A stretch of DNA of 64,000 bases from the NCBI GenBank assembly GCA_012295275.1, contig CM022677.1, positions 23,684,001-23,748,000 on the forward strand, in the 5' to 3' direction. The notes under the pieces are model-generated. The model did no database searches, was not told where the DNA came from, and worked only from the letters and a program-made list of their open reading frames with translations. Made by a program: the position numbers and the translations under genes. Positions within the stretch are counted from its first letter, which is position 1. Each line of letters begins with the position of its first letter. This document shows, piece by piece, positions 1-36,588 of this stretch. The DNA is from Chrysomallon squamiferum (taxonomy: Eukaryota > Animalia > Mollusca).

Positions 1-59
1 ACAACCATATCCATAAAGATCTCAGCTTATGCTTTCCCAAATACTCCAAGGCCACTGAC
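1..59 (-). pseudogene. Degenerate A-type TSR exon of gene 1 with in-frame TGA (22-24)
   Basis: ttttgaag acceptor like other A exons; reads QWPWSIWESIS*DLYGYGC versus A consensus GGWSxWExxSQxxCxVTCGYG. Confidence 0.55.
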
Positions 60-3000
60 CTTCAAAATGTTTTATTAATATTATTATTTTTTTTTTCCTC
101 ATCTTATTCTTTCACAGATGATGTTTATGTAATTACATAGTAACCGTTATTGATATTTTTCATTATTATTATCAGCTCTTTTGCATATCAACAGACAAAA
201 TCTATGGTTCCAAAGGATTCTGGTTTTAAATATTTTATAATTTTATAGTTTACATTTACTCGAAATAATAATGACTTAATCAGCATTTCAGTGTTGTATT
301 AAATTAAAGCTGCCACTGAACAGAAAAAAAAAAAAAAAAAAAAAGAAAAAGAAAAGTATGAACAGAAGAAGATGATGATGAAATTAATTAGTATTAAAGG
401 TAAAAAAAAAAATAAAAAAAAAAAAGCCTGAATTTAGACAGCCATATAATTAATTTTGATGTCCTGAAAAAGCACATCTTAGATAATAATAATAATAATA
501 ATAATAATAAAATAATTATTATATAGATACCAATAGCACTTTTCTTGTTAATAAATAATTAATAAGTGACAATATATATAAAATATTTTTCAGTATTACT
601 TGCCAGCCTAATCAGTATATTTATTAGTTATCAAACAATTTTGAAGATCAGAATCATTCTGCCTGTTCATTCTGCCAGATCTTTCACTTACACATATCTT
701 TTAAATTAATAAATAATTTATTCAGACTAATATAAAACTACCCAGTGAAAGTATGTATTAAAAAACTGTTAATATATATATTGTATATATTTTTTTTGAA
801 AACACATATAAGTTTCCCAAATTTGAACAGAATTTCCCATTTATATCTATATTTAACAAAATTTATTAAAAAAGTAATAATAATAACAATAATAATAATA
901 CTAATACTAATACTAATAATACTACTAATAATAATAAGAATAAAAGAATAAGAAGCTTATAAGAATAATTGAGTAATTCAATATCCACAAAGTGCTTATC
1001 CATCCCTGATTTTATATGCAGCTTAATATATTTTTTATTTTATTTTATTTTTTTTTTCTTTATCAACTTACCACTTTTACAAGAATCTCCTCTGCACCGC
1101 TCTAAACGAACCTTATAAAAAACGCCGAAACAATAGCGATTTTTCCCAACACACTCCCTCACTTGGTAGACATGTCTCTCACATGAGCTTTCACACAGAT
1201 CATTGACTGTTGTCCACGACGTCCACCGAGGTCCATTGAACTTATGGTCTGAAGATATTAAAAAAGATAATAACAAAACAAATAATAAATAAAAATCAGA
1301 AGATAAACATAACAAATCTACCACCAGCATATTGTTTCCTTCTTCCTATTTACATTCGAAATGAAATTCGCGTTTGAGGAGATAAAATAAGAAAACAGAA
1401 GTAATAATAACTAAAACTCAAAGGATAATTGTACATATTAAATCTACCAAAACTTTATTTCATTCTTTCTTTCTACCTAGAAATATACAGTAGAAATAGT
1501 TGTGGGGAAAACAAAAACTGATGTACATACGTCTGACACAGCAATCCCGGTAAGTAATAGACTGATCAGGCCCAGGACAATATGAACCACTTGGACTGGG
1601 TGCAGGTTTTGTACATAACCTTTGATGAATAACTTCCTGTTGACAGTTCAATTTACACTTTGTAATCGAATGAACAAACCAGTCATTCCATCCACCATTG
1701 ACTGAAATACAACGTTGCTATTATCGAGCTGAGAGAAAATCATTACATTTTCAAAGTACATTATATTTCTTATAATTTAAAAAATAATCTTACGACACCA
1801 ACGATGGCAATTATTTTGTCTTTATCAAATATATATTCTCCAAAATATACTGAAAAAGAAATTATACTGCATGAATTTTGATCAGTTGTTAAAATGGGAA
1901 AGGACATTTTATAAACATGCTTAATGTTATTCAGGATTGTTTTCTATAAAACAGTTTGTCATTAATGTATTTACTTAATCTGGAGTTAATGGGTAATTTT
2001 TTTTCATTAGGAAATTATTTCTAAATTATCCGAAAAAGTCTCAAAATAGGAAATTGTAAATTTTACTATAATCTGTATTTCAACATATGGATATTTCTGC
2101 ACAGTAAACATATAGTATTCAAACTATGAAGAAGAAATTAGTTTTCATAATCAAAATGTGGTTTCTTGCGTAATGTGGATGTTGACAACAAAAAAACCCT
2201 GCTAATTTGGTATTATTATATTTTGTAATAAGGGTTAAACTTAAAAATTATTTTAGTTTCCTTCCTGTATTTTACTTTTCTTTATCAGTAGTAGTAGCAT
2301 TCCCTTGTAGACTGTGGTTGTATTATCTTAGAATCGTATATCATTCAACATAAAATTCAAAAGAACCCTCTTAAATGCAGCCAGAGGGCGAGAAAAACCA
2401 GTAAGCTGGATTTCTCTCTTATTTTCTTTTTGTTATTTTATTTTTATTTTTTCCCTCCTTGTTGTTTTTGTTTGTTTGTTTTCTTTTTGTTGTTTTATTT
2501 CTTTTTTTACATTACAAAACTGATCAGCTTTCTCATATTGGATAAGGAATATTTTTTTTTTGATGTTTACATGGTACAAATTGTTCAAGCATTATATACA
2601 AACATTATAAATATGCTGATTATACCAATACATTCTTTTAGAACAAAACACTTCTGTTTCTCAGTTTTCGCATTTTGACCTGTACAATTCTTTCCTCCAT
2701 ACATAGGTTGAGGGTTGTCACATTCTCTAATGGAAGAAATTACTTGGTATCCAATTCCACAAGTTACAGGACACTGTAAAAATGTTTTTTGTATCCAAGG
2801 AGACCATTCTCCATCTACTGATGCCAGTGCTTTCTCTGAAAGTAAACTGTTCTAATGTTTTCCATTTCATATATACTTTTAAAATGCATACTGCTAAGGT
2901 GGTTTTATACCAATATATCAGTAAGTAATAATAACAATGTTTTCCAGATGTTGCAGAAATAGGTTTGTGATGGTACCACCACTGTTTTGTTTTTTGGCTT

Positions 3001-3559
3001 TTTTTTAGTTTTGCAAAAGGTTTAACACCATATCTGATAGGACAACTAATTTAATAAAATATGTAATAAACCACAAAACATAAATTTTATTAAGAAAAAA
3101 AAATAATAATTAAAGTATCTGTTAAATACTTTAAGACCTATTTCTTACAATTATTATAAAAAATTAATTTATTGATTGTCCTGATTTTCCTTCCTCTTTT
3201 ATTCGATTAATTTCCTACAATTTTCACTTTAAAACTGCAGTACACACAACTATTACTACTACTAGTAAAACAACAACAATAATTGTAAGAAGAAGAAGAA
3301 AAAGAAGAATACTGTTACCACATTTTGTTTTCACGGTACACATTCGTCTAAAACGTTTTTCTTTTGGCCCTTGACAATCCAATCCTTGTCCCTGTTGTGT
3401 AGGATTATTGCATTCTCTTCTAAGATAGATATTTGTAAATCCAAATCCACAAGTGATACTACAATGTTCACTGTTGTCAATTTCCCAACGACTCCAACCA
3501 CCATGAACTTACATAAAATTGAATAATGAGAGACATCAAAACAACAGCTCATTATTTTG

Positions 3560-3622
<63 letters not shown>

Positions 3623-3652
3623 TTTTCTGTAATTGTGCAACATGTATCTAAC

Positions 3653-3719
<67 letters not shown>

Positions 3720-4943
3720 CTGTAATTGTGCAACATGTATCTAACAGACCAGATTATATCATTACCTAAGGTTATAAAGGGACTCGTTTTTTGACCCATA
3801 ATTCCGAACACCATATGGACTAAACTGACTAAACATGAGAACTAATATAGAATTTCAAAGATGTCATTATTTTTGAATCTGTGTAATGACTTTTAGAAGC
3901 ATTTAATTTTACCATCTAGTTCTGGGGATTGTCCAATTATTATTATTAATATTATTGCTGTTATTATTACTATTATGATTATTCAAATTCCTTTGTCAGA
4001 AAATTTGATTTTATTGGTAGAAATTAAATTGTATAATAAGAACAAAAATTGAAAAAAACTATTCCTTAAGAAACAGAATATCGCAGCCTGTCAGTTATTT
4101 TTTTTCTTGCTGTTTATTTATTTATTATTTCTGACATGTTTTTTCGTTTCTTTGCGCTGCTTTGAAAATAATCATCTAAAACATTTGACACTGTTAATAT
4201 CTTCTTTCCGGGCTAAGGAAAAAAGAGCCTGCAGTTTTTAATTTTTTCATTATATTGTTTTATTCAAATTTTTTTACAGCAGGAAAGAAAAAGAAAAAAA
4301 AAAGAAGAAAAGAATAAGATATTATTTACTATTTTAAGATTATAACATTTTACCCCGATATTATTAGAAAATGAAATCAAACATTTCATTCATACAGCCA
4401 GTTGCCATTCCCATGGAAAGACAAAACTTTGGTTAGAGAAAAAGAAAAAAAAGAGAAGAAAAACAGAAGAAGAAGAAGAAGACAGAAAACATATATAGAG
4501 TTGAAGCTATTTCATTTTTTTCTAATGTCTGTTAATAATGAACATAATAACTGGTCAGGATGAACACATAATATAAAACTTTTTTGAACCCATTAATTAA
4601 TCAGCTTTAGAAAACTTGTTAACAGGTTGAAGACCAACTGAGCCCACCAACAAGGTGTGGTTATTTGGTATAATGTGTATCAGCTGTGAATGTTGTTACT
4701 AGTTTTGAAACAGACTGCATGATCACTAGCAGACAACAGCCGCCAGAAAAATCATGTAGAAAATAACACAAATAACAAATCGCTTTGATACACTAATACA
4801 CTGTCAAACAACAAACGAAATCAAATATCATTTTGTTTAAACATATGGTGACATATGACTTAAATCTAATATCCAAATATGTACTAATTTTAATTTTAAC
4901 GGAAGTGCCAAGAACACATCACAAATTAAGTACACATGAATAG

Positions 4944-4975
<32 letters not shown>

Positions 4976-5251
4976 TGAAAATGATGATGATAAATAAATA
5001 AATAAATAAAAAGCAAGAAAGAAAGAGATAAAAGGAAGAAACGTATTGACACAACTTAACATAGCCCAAGAGAACCAAAATATATTATATTAATTTGATA
5101 TATATAGCTTCAAATATAACATTAATAACATTGGTTTTGTGAAATTTCATTTACTTATTTATTAATTAATTTATTTTTGTTATTCTTTTTTCTTTGTTTG
5201 ATTTTGATTTTTTGTGTTCTTATTTTTTATTATTATTTATTTATTTATTTA

Positions 5252-5330
<79 letters not shown>

Positions 5331-5820
5331 TTCAGCTTACCTATTTTACAGGAATCTTCTGCACATCTTTCGAATCGAAATTTAAAAAATTGACCATAAC
5401 AATATCGATTTTCACTACTACATTCCCTGCGGTTATAGATATACCTTTTGCAGAAAGGTAAGCATATACCATTGTAATCTTTACCCCATTCTTTCCATAG
5501 CGCTCTGTTGCAAGGGTCTAAAAAAACATTTAAAATAAATAAATAAATATAAAAACGTGTGTGTGTGTGTGTGTGTATAAAAAAAAATGTGTGTGTATAT
5601 ATATATATATATATAAAACAGGTAATTTATCGAAGTTAATATAATTCAGTCCCAAACAGCTATTTGTACAGTGCCTGATAATAAAAATATAAAATATATA
5701 TATCTAATCATGGTATTTTGCAAATACATAAATGAACATAATATACATATTTCACAGATAAATTCCACTGTAGTATTCACCTTTTCCTTAAACATTATAT
5801 ATATATATATATATATATCT

Positions 5821-5852
<32 letters not shown>

Positions 5853-8171
5853 GGATTGCCATGGAAATGAATAAGTATTTTGTTTCTTTACATATATTTG
5901 ATATGGTAGAGGGTTCCTTATTTTGTTTCCCATCATTTCAGCACAAATAAAAAGAAGTAACCGAGTACAGGTGAAAAATAATAATTCATGTATGAAGTTC
6001 ATAACTCATCCTGGAATCGATTCATGACAGAGATGTTAACAAATGATATATGGTTATAAAAACCATGTGTACTAAAACTGTATGTCACTGATTTTTTTTC
6101 TAAAAATTGAAAAGTGACACTTCATGTTCACTTGATAAGGTTATCTATCAACATTGAAAATAATTTAAAAATCATTTAAAAAAAAAAAAAAAAAAAAAAA
6201 AATAGAAAATAGAAAAATAATTCAAAAATAAATTAATAAGTAGACAGATTTTGTTAAAAAAAAGGTGTGGTTTTAGTTAGATATCTGTCGCAAGTTACCT
6301 TAATAACATTCGAAAAAAAAAAATCTATATATATATATACATATATTATTACAATTTTAATCACTATTATATAACTAGGTTCGACATACCTTTCTCACAG
6401 CAATCCTTGTAACTAACATACTGACTTTTTCCAACACAAGGTCTAACGTTGTCATATTTTAGACATTTCCTTTGATGTATAATCTCCTGTTGACAGTTAT
6501 TTTTATCACATGGTTTAACTGTTTGAACAACCCATGCCTTCCATCCGCAATTCACTGAAATAAAAAGCTTCAGTTACTCAGCTGGAATAAAATTTGTGTA
6601 TCTTCTAAGTACATTCTAAATTTAAAATAATTTTACAAATCCTTTTATAGCGATGATTTTGCCTCTATCCAATAAATGCTCCAAAAAAGGTGGAAAAAAA
6701 AAAAAAAAATTGAATAAAAATAATAATCATGTTCTTTTGAATTTTAATTTTTGATACAAGCAAGACTTACTATAGATATTTCTTGTTTATAAACCTGATA
6801 ACATTTATTTAGCTATGAGTTCATTTCGGGTGTAGCTGAAAACACAGTTCTGTGACGTAAAATGAGTACATACTAATTAAATTTTTAATTTTATGTTTCC
6901 AAATATAAAACATTGACACTGATTTATATATTTTGAGCCTGGATAAACCGTTGTAGATTGCTTGAAACATGTCTAACTAATTCTGTGACTTTAAAACCTC
7001 AATGATACTACCTAGTATTATTATGTTTCATCCTTTGATTAATATAACTAGTTAGTCAAACTGTAATCAACAGAAATGATTAAAATTAGGTTAGATCACT
7101 GCTTATTTATCCAAGATTATGGAAATGCTGACATGATTGCATTTATAGATAACTTAGTATAATTATGTAATCGACACAGTCAATTTGGTTGAATTTATTG
7201 CTGAAATTTCTTTCTCTTGTGCCACATGTGTTGTTCACAGGGATCTCTAAAGTCTGCCCCCTTTTTTCACAGAGATTCCAGTTAAAAAATATGCGGATTT
7301 CTTTCTTATGTCATTAGGCTAATGTCACACATTGCTGAAATTATCTACACAGGAAAAACAATTTAAGAAATTTGCAATAACCTTTCAACCGTTAATTTTA
7401 TTTTTGTCCTATATTTCTCATAGACATCTTTGTCCGTCTTCTTCTATGCTGTTTAATTCTTTCAATTTCTGGACAATATATCTTTTTCAAATGAAAAATT
7501 GTAGAAAAGCAGAAACTGATATCTGATTTGTTACTTCTGTTTTGGATATCATATGGCGTCAAATAATTTGCTTTATAGTGTATGTAAGCTACTGTTCCAT
7601 GCTAAATGTATGTATTTTTGTTGTTGTTGTTGTTTTTCAGCTGCTTTATTAAGTATTTCTCTTTTGTCATATGAGTGTATGGACATACAGACGAATTACA
7701 ACCAGGGCCACATTAATCTAGTAACCCAAATTACATGAACTGCAGACCCTGCATTGAATGGTTGCAAGCCGTCTTTTCTCTACATGTCTGAGGCAGTGCA
7801 TGATACGAACTCATTACTGATATTAATAATAAAAAATAATAAATAAATAAATAAATAAATGCGTTATTTTTCTATGCTAGTAATTAATTTAGGTTTTACA
7901 TTTATCTTAGGTCCCTTTATAACATATGCTACAAGTTTCACACTAATTTAATTCAACCCTGGCTAATCAGTTAACTGAACTGCTTGTACAAGCAGGATTG
8001 TTATCTTTTAATGTTGATCAAATAATACAAACCATATAAAATCATAAATTCCTGGATTACAATTAACACAGTAACTGACTTCATATCGATTTTCTATATC
8101 TGTGGAAAAAAACAAAATATAATAATAAAAATATAAAATAAAGAAATCATTTAGAAATAATATTAATGTAT

Positions 8172-8206
<35 letters not shown>

Positions 8207-8293
8207 TTATATATCATCATCATAATCATTATTGTCATTATTATTCTTACAAAAATGTTGTCATTAATGAATAGATTATTAGATTATTTAAAA

Positions 8294-8344
<51 letters not shown>

Positions 8345-8518
8345 AATTAAAATTTATTTCCGTGGTGGTTCCGCCGGACAGCACGGTGAACATCCTAATA
8401 AACAAATTAATGTTTTAATCGTTTAAAGCAACCAACTTATTTACTTGATAGCAATTAGTTCGTAGCGGTCAGATCATTGGTCTGTAGACTTGTACTTATT
8501 CGATTCAAATAAACTCAT
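22..8518 (-). CDS. Gene 1: multi-exon TSR-repeat gene (order C-D-A-B-C-D, then a stop-containing A-like exon); truncated/secreted form or pseudogene; may continue beyond the window start
   Basis: Six open phase-1/phase-1 exons with GT-AG ends (6390-6554, 5341-5517, 3319-3507, 2626-2835, 1531-1701, 1072-1248), each WxxW...C..C...RxC...C.G...C; upstream block homologous to genes 2 and 3. Confidence 0.8.
1072..1248 (-). CDS. Gene 1 TSR exon, D-type
   Basis: 177 nt, cag/GTAAGT; HKFNGPRWTSWTTVNDLCESSCERHVYQVRECVGKNRYCFGVFYKVRLERCRGDSCKS. Confidence 0.9.
1531..1701 (-). CDS. Gene 1 TSR exon, C-type
   Basis: 171 nt, cag/GTATGT; NGGWNDWFVHSITKCKLNCQQEVIHQRLCTKPAPSPSGSYCPGPDQSITYRDCCVR. Confidence 0.9.
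2626..2835 (-). CDS. Gene 1 TSR exon, B-type
   Basis: 210 nt, cag/GTATAA; KALASVDGEWSPWIQKTFLQCPVTCGIGYQVISSIRECDNPQPMYGGKNCTGQNAKTEKQKCFVLKECI (absent from ORF track). Confidence 0.9.
3319..3507 (-). CDS. Gene 1 TSR exon, A-type
   Basis: 189 nt, aag/GTAACA; HGGWSRWEIDNSEHCSITCGFGFTNIYLRRECNNPTQQGQGLDCQGPKEKRFRRMCTVKTKC. Confidence 0.9.
3563..3752. repeat. Local tandem duplication of (GA)n plus a ~38-bp unique tail
   Basis: ttttctgtaattgtgcaacatgtatctaacagaccaga follows each of two (GA)n tracts. Confidence 0.8.
5341..5517 (-). CDS. Gene 1 TSR exon, D-type
   Basis: 177 nt, tag/GTAAGC; PCNRALWKEWGKDYNGICLPFCKRYIYNRRECSSENRYCYGQFFKFRFERCAEDSCKI. Confidence 0.9.
   Translation of the reverse strand, partial: TLATERYGKNGVKITMVYAYLSAKGISITAGNVVVKIDIVMVNFLNFDSKDVQKIPVK
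6390..6554 (-). CDS. Gene 1 TSR exon, divergent C-type (first TSR)
   Basis: 165 nt, cag/GTATGT; NCGWKAWVVQTVKPCDKNNCQQEIIHQRKCLKYDNVRPCVGKSQYVSYKDCCEK. Confidence 0.88.
8076..8099 (-). CDS. Gene 1 putative 24-nt leader micro-exon (IENRYEV)
   Basis: Strong acceptor ttttttccacag, weak donor GTTACT, phase 1-1; same size and position as 58469-58492 in gene 3. Confidence 0.4.
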
Positions 8519-8664
8519 TTATTCATTTTGTATGATGCTGGCTCCGGCGTTTTACAAAAAACACAATTTCAAGTGTCGTCTGCAGTCAGTGGAAGAATGA
8601 TAAGGCTTAAAATGCGGTCCATTTTTTCAACGTTGGATAATAATTCAAAAATTCCTAGTTACCA

Positions 8665-8722
<58 letters not shown>

Positions 8723-8930
8723 AATAATAAATAAATAAATAAAATTATATAATAACAATAACAAAACAAAAGATAATAATAACAGTAATATAATGCTTAT
8801 GAGTGAATATATAGTTTTTTAATCATTAATGTTTCATGTTTTACCAAAACTTATAATTTCATTTAATAGTCCCATTTTAGATAATACCACTAAAGCGCAG
8901 CTAACTCCACTTCTGAACCAATTGTAAACA
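8445..8930 (-). promoter_or_regulatory. Gene 1 conserved 5' module (putative first exon plus promoter)
   Basis: Alignable with 34010-34385 and 58900-59290; donor AA/GTAAAT at 8444; TGATAA 8598-8603, TGCGGT 8613-8618; AAGCGCAGCTAACTCCAC...GTAAACA 8893-8930. Confidence 0.6.
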
Positions 8931-9406
8931 AATAAAATAATAATGAATAAGCGGGAAAATAATAAATAAACAAACTAGTAAATATGTCAATCATTTAATT
9001 AAAAAAACAACCAAATATATATTAAAAACAAAACAAAAACACAATAAAAATAGAAACAGGTATTCGTAGATTAAAATGATTAAGAATAAGAGTGCGGTCA
9101 CATCGCTGCTAGCATACATTAATCTACTAATTTGTTTACAATAATTACTTTTCTGCTGGATAAACGTTGTAAGCCATTTCTCAGTTTGCAGCGTAATTAT
9201 GTATAATTAGTAAATATCATTTCTTTTTTTCATTATTATTATTTTATTTTATTCTTTAATTATTAACTTCATTTTTTTTCTTTTTTTTTTTTTAATTTTT
9301 TTATTTAGTTAGTTTATTTTTCAAAATAAAAAGGTAAACAGGCCATTTCAAAATAAAAAGGCCTGTCACAGAATTACAATTCTATAATCGTTACATTTGT
9401 TTTATT

Positions 9407-9461
<55 letters not shown>

Positions 9462-11129
9462 AAAGAATGAAAGAAACATTTTTCTCCAAATGACATAATA
9501 GTAAAAGTGGTTTGTCTCTTTCTGTTTTTGTTTGCCTTCATTTCAGTTTCGCGAGTTACTTGATAACATGCACTGCCAAGTAATTTTCTGCTTGGGAAAT
9601 ACAAGGTTCAGTCTTAACTATTATTTAAATCTTTTTATCCACATTTCAGTGATAGAAAATTTGAAGTTTTCAGTCAGATATTTTCACAGTTATAACTCGA
9701 GTTGAATTGTGCTGTTTGCTTATAATTAAAGGATTTCTAAGCAAGACTGTCTCTGGCAAAGCTTATTTCATATGTGTATTGCAAATATGTATTCTGAATT
9801 TTCTCCCTTTTTTCTTTCTTTTGGCTCTGCAAAAAAAACATTTATAATGTGTGGGACCAAAGATGGTAGGTCATTAACATGGAAAAAACATTAAAGCTTT
9901 GAAAATTTGTAAATCTCTCTTCACTTATATCTAGAAAAAATCTAGATGATGAAATACATTTAGAAGGTTAGAAATATTAATTTTAGACTTTTTCTTTTAA
10001 CAAGTTGAAGATTTCTTAAGCATCAAGATACAATCATAGTTCTAATAAAGGTTACAAAATAACAAATGTGAGCTGCTGGTGCCCTTTACTCCTGAGAGCA
10101 TGGCTGAAACACATTAAGGAATAAGGAAATTTGTATTTAGTGAACTATGTTATTACATTTTGAGAAACAAGCTTAAATTTTCTCACTGAAAGTTTCAAGT
10201 TAGACAATCATGTATGTTATTAGTTTATCACACAGATACCAGCCTGCAAATACATGGATAATATTCAGTTTAACTTGCACATAACTGAAGTTTGATGTCA
10301 AGTGAGATCTATGTGGAATTTGCTATCATGCCATGTGTTGGTTTCAGATAGAGGATGAACCTCAGCAGTCCTGTTTCTGCTAGTCCGGCAGCTTTGATAG
10401 CTGAGGATGATGATTCGAATCAAGCAACACAAGAAGTCAATTAAAACTGAAAAACACTTTGGTGATGACATGCTAAAATATTTCATGACAATTAAACAGT
10501 AGGAGGAACACACTGATAATTCCAATGCCTGGATTCAAAGGTGTCAGTCCATATTGTGTGTGTGGTAAAAATAAATTTTAGCTTATGTGGACGTATTAGC
10601 ATATTTAGTGGCCAGTGAAAATTTATCCCCACAGCAAATATATAATGCAAGTGAAACTGCAGTTTTTGGGGGGTTTTTTAATTTTGTTTTGCTGCTGTTG
10701 TTTTTTGAGAGCATGCCTTGTAAGTTCCTAACCATAGATTCTGAGCCACTGGTTTGGTACCTGTCGGGTCCCAAGTTTGCCAAATTAGTGAGTTCAATCT
10801 GTACCTTAAACAAAACTAATATTACTAATGTTGTTTTCACTTTTCATACCCATAAGCATGCATGCATACTTTCACAAATTACCCCCACACTCCCATGCCA
10901 GGTGTGCACACACAATCACTAAATACGTGTTGACTCACTAACCCACCCAAATGAATAACTGGATGGGGCCCTACCTTCAAATCTGTATCACATTAGCAAG
11001 ATATTTCCTTCTCTTCTGCGAAATACACTGTATGATGCCTCCATAACTTCTGTTCCATGTATCAGATATTTTATCATTATTTCTCTTGTATTCTCACAAT
11101 GAACCAATAAATGAATAGAACATATTGAT

Positions 11130-11350
11130 CAAGTTATGTTAAAGTACAAAAGATCAGTTGATTCAGACATTATCTGACCAGTGATGCTACAAAAGAATGG
11201 ATTTGTAACATCAAGACTAGACTATTGCAATGGATTACAATGTGATTTTAGTGACCACAGATGGGCCGCAATAACTGGTGTGATTCATGTAACTGGGAGT
11301 GAGTCCATGCATCACACTCAACAGTACAGCATATCTGCCACATTTTGAAA
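11130..11350 (+). mobile_element. Degenerate L2/CR1-clade LINE ORF2 C-terminal fragment
   Basis: Broken frames give RHYLTSDATK and FVTSRLDYCNGL; SRLDYCN is characteristic of L2-type ORF2 after the RT domain. Confidence 0.55.
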
Positions 11351-12113
11351 ACACATAAACATTTTCTATTTAATGGACTTTTATTGACTTTGTAATATTT
11401 TTCTGAAATTGATAGAATAGTTAATCACTTACATTTGACATGTTGGGTTTTTACTGACATCTTTGAAATATTTGAAAGACAAATGAGAACCGTATCTCCT
11501 GTGTGTCAAATGAATGGCAAACTCCTTTCCATACCTACAACATCTTGAACAGTCACTCTGTGGTGCATTTCAAAGACATGGAAGAAAAGAAGCCAAATAG
11601 GACATTCCAGAAACATTTAAATATGGCTATTGAAGATTACCCTTTTAAATACAACTCAAAGTATTGTTGTTGATGATGATGATAAATACATAAACAAACA
11701 AACATATAAATAAATAAATAAATAAATAAATAAAGAATAAAACAGAATTCAATCGTCCCTCAATTAATTTGCTTATCTCCTTTTTCTTTCTCTCTGTCTT
11801 GTTTTACTTTTTATTTTTATAGTAAATATTCAGTTAATATAACAATAATAATAATCATAATAATAAATAACTAAATAAATAAATATATCAAAAATCAATT
11901 CAATTAAAATTTAAAATATAGAATGTAAATTGAGAAGAATATATTTAATACAAAGATCACTAGTAATTCTAATTAGGAATGCAGAATTCTTACTCTGATG
12001 GATATAACAGGTACATGTATAAAATCTTTTTTATTGTTTACAAAACTGTTTAATGATGTTACTCCATAAGAAAACTAAATAAACTGATAAACTAGAAACA
12101 TATTGATGTTTCC

Positions 12114-34090
<21,977 letters not shown>

Positions 34091-36546
34091 TATCATGTTG
34101 ACTCAAAAGTTGTACAAAAACCAATTTTAAATGTCGTCTGCTGTCACTGGGTGAATGATAAGGTACAAAACGCGGTTTGAATATTTCAAAGCAGGAATAA
34201 TATTTTATAAATTCTTAGTAATAATTAATGTTCGGGATTGAATATTTTCTTTTTTTGTCATTACTATACTGTGTTTTTATTAATTGTTGTTTGTTACTAA
34301 TACTGGTTATTTTATTTAGGTATCATATTTTAGCTGATGGCACCTAAGCGTAGATAACTCCACTTTTTGAAGCAATTGTAAACAAAAACATATTGCTTTA
34401 TTAATGAGTAAATATTTTAAACCATTTCTCAATTTGCAGTGTTATTTTTTTTTTATTATCATTTATTTTTTTTTTTTTTTTTTTTTTTTTTGTTATCCTA
34501 CCGTCTCCTTTATATGATTTCGATTTCAGTCCTCACAAAATCCACATCTAATTCTATTATAAGGTTTCGCGACATCAAGCAATGCCAACAGAATATAAAT
34601 GCCCCAAAGGAATACACTGGAAGCTGAGAAATATTCCTTACATTGCCTAGTTTTGCTTTAAAGATTAGGCCTGGCTTACATATCAGATAATGTTGTTACG
34701 TCATTATTTGCGACAATTTTACAATAATGTAGCTCCTAGAAACTTTCGATCAGTTATGTGCTGCAGGAATGAGAAAACAATAAGAAAACTGTAGGCTGTA
34801 AATAAAAGATGTCAAAGTAGAAAAAACAGTGTATAATATTAGTTCATAATGCGTAAACTGACATGAAACAACAATGGAAAATATTAACTGTAAGATATTT
34901 ATAATATAATTCCTATTTCATATAAATTTCATATGAAATTTTGACGTGTTGATTTATTTCATGAAATGTAATTCTCTAAACAAAACTACTAATATTACTA
35001 CTGGGTTGTTTTCACTTTTGGACACTTAAGCATTCATGACTTTCCTCTCAAATTGGCCGTATAATCATCATTAGGCTCCCCTTAATATGTGCATCGGATA
35101 CACATTAGCTTGTACACCAGTTACTACTGTTAAGGTAAAAACTTTAACTAAAAATGTTTTAATATTATTGAGAATTAAACATCCAATTATATACAATTTG
35201 TATCTCCTGTGCCACAAACTGTTATTCCTAGAACACCATGTTTTCATGAACTCTTTTCCACTGATTCAGAAATGCACGTTTATTCCTGTTTATGTTACTG
35301 CTTACAAAAATAGGTAGTACGAACATTTCATACTTCCTCAGATGTGAGGTGCCGGTTAACGCTGAGGAAACACTAGTCATGTTAGTTCAGTGTGTTCTGA
35401 TAATGATTCCTTAGATAAGATGGCTTTTCTAAGATTACCATATATAATTGTATTATAATTATAGAGGGACGTCCCGTTTTGAAATCTAAGATAATATTAC
35501 CATATTTTCTTTTCATCTGTGACTCCAGGTGAAGTACGGTGGATGATGTCTCCTTAATGACTGTACCATGGATCAGTTATGTTTAATTTTACTGTGACCA
35601 TGGAACAACACGTAAACACTACAGGTCGATCATGTTAAGTATACGAAAATTCGAAGGAATCCAGAAGTACCTGATCAAAAATACCCACAAAAATGTCGGT
35701 GAAGGGAATTTGTGACCTGAGACTAGATATCTGCAGTGGATTACATCTTCCTCGACAAACCAAAACGGGTCACAGTTACAACATCTCGAACTACACAATG
35801 GCTCCTACTAAACTTTGTCATACATTTATGGACTATTTAAGCTCAGTTAAAAACCGGATCTGATTGCTGCGATGTGTGGATATCGTTGTAATTGGAGTGA
35901 GTCAGAGCTAGTTATCACTGTTAGGTGCTAAATCTTAACACTGCAGAACCGTAATCACTTGAGTTCTGACAAATTCCTCTTTTGTACGAAATACTGGTGC
36001 CACGTAATTTCAGTAAACATCTTTTCTTTTTAATGGACTTATGAATATTTCCATGAAATTTAAGAACATTTAAATACTTAAATCTGAAAACTTTGAAATG
36101 CTGGACTTTTCATGGGTTTTAAAGGCCAGTGCAAACCGTGTTCACTGATGATCTTTCGCTTTAAAGCCATAGTCAAGGTCTTCAATATCGTTATAGCTGT
36201 TTTCAGCAGTATATTGGATTCATGTTGCCAGCGATTTCCATCCCATTATACCTGATATTTACTTAAATTGGATAATGCATGTGTGCGTGTTTTTTTAATA
36301 CTTCTTTTAAGTACTGCGCAAGATATTTCTAATATTTAGATAAGTTAATGAAAAGTGACATTGTTTTCTTAAAATGAAAATAAATATGTAATATTTTTTC
36401 TCATTTAATTTTACTCATATAGGTTTACTGAATAATAAAGTCATTACTGAACATTTCTAAATAACTAATTGATAACTGCATTCAGAACAGTAAAATGTAA
36501 CCTTTTAAAGTAAAAATATAACTTAACTTATTTTGAAACCAGCGTA

Positions 36547-36588
<42 letters not shown>

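Noticed and set aside
8474-8476. TGA aligned to Cys as a selenocysteine codon
   Set aside because: The exon is not shown to be coding, there is no redox motif and no SECIS was recognised.
10583-10922. Overlapping 85-aa and 111-aa ORFs between genes 1 and 2
   Set aside because: No domain or splice support; adjacent to decayed LINE sequence.
35450-35720. Possible Penelope-like RT remnant (frameshifted KYVDDV, FTVTMEQ)
   Set aside because: Motifs are too short and broken to support without an HMM search.
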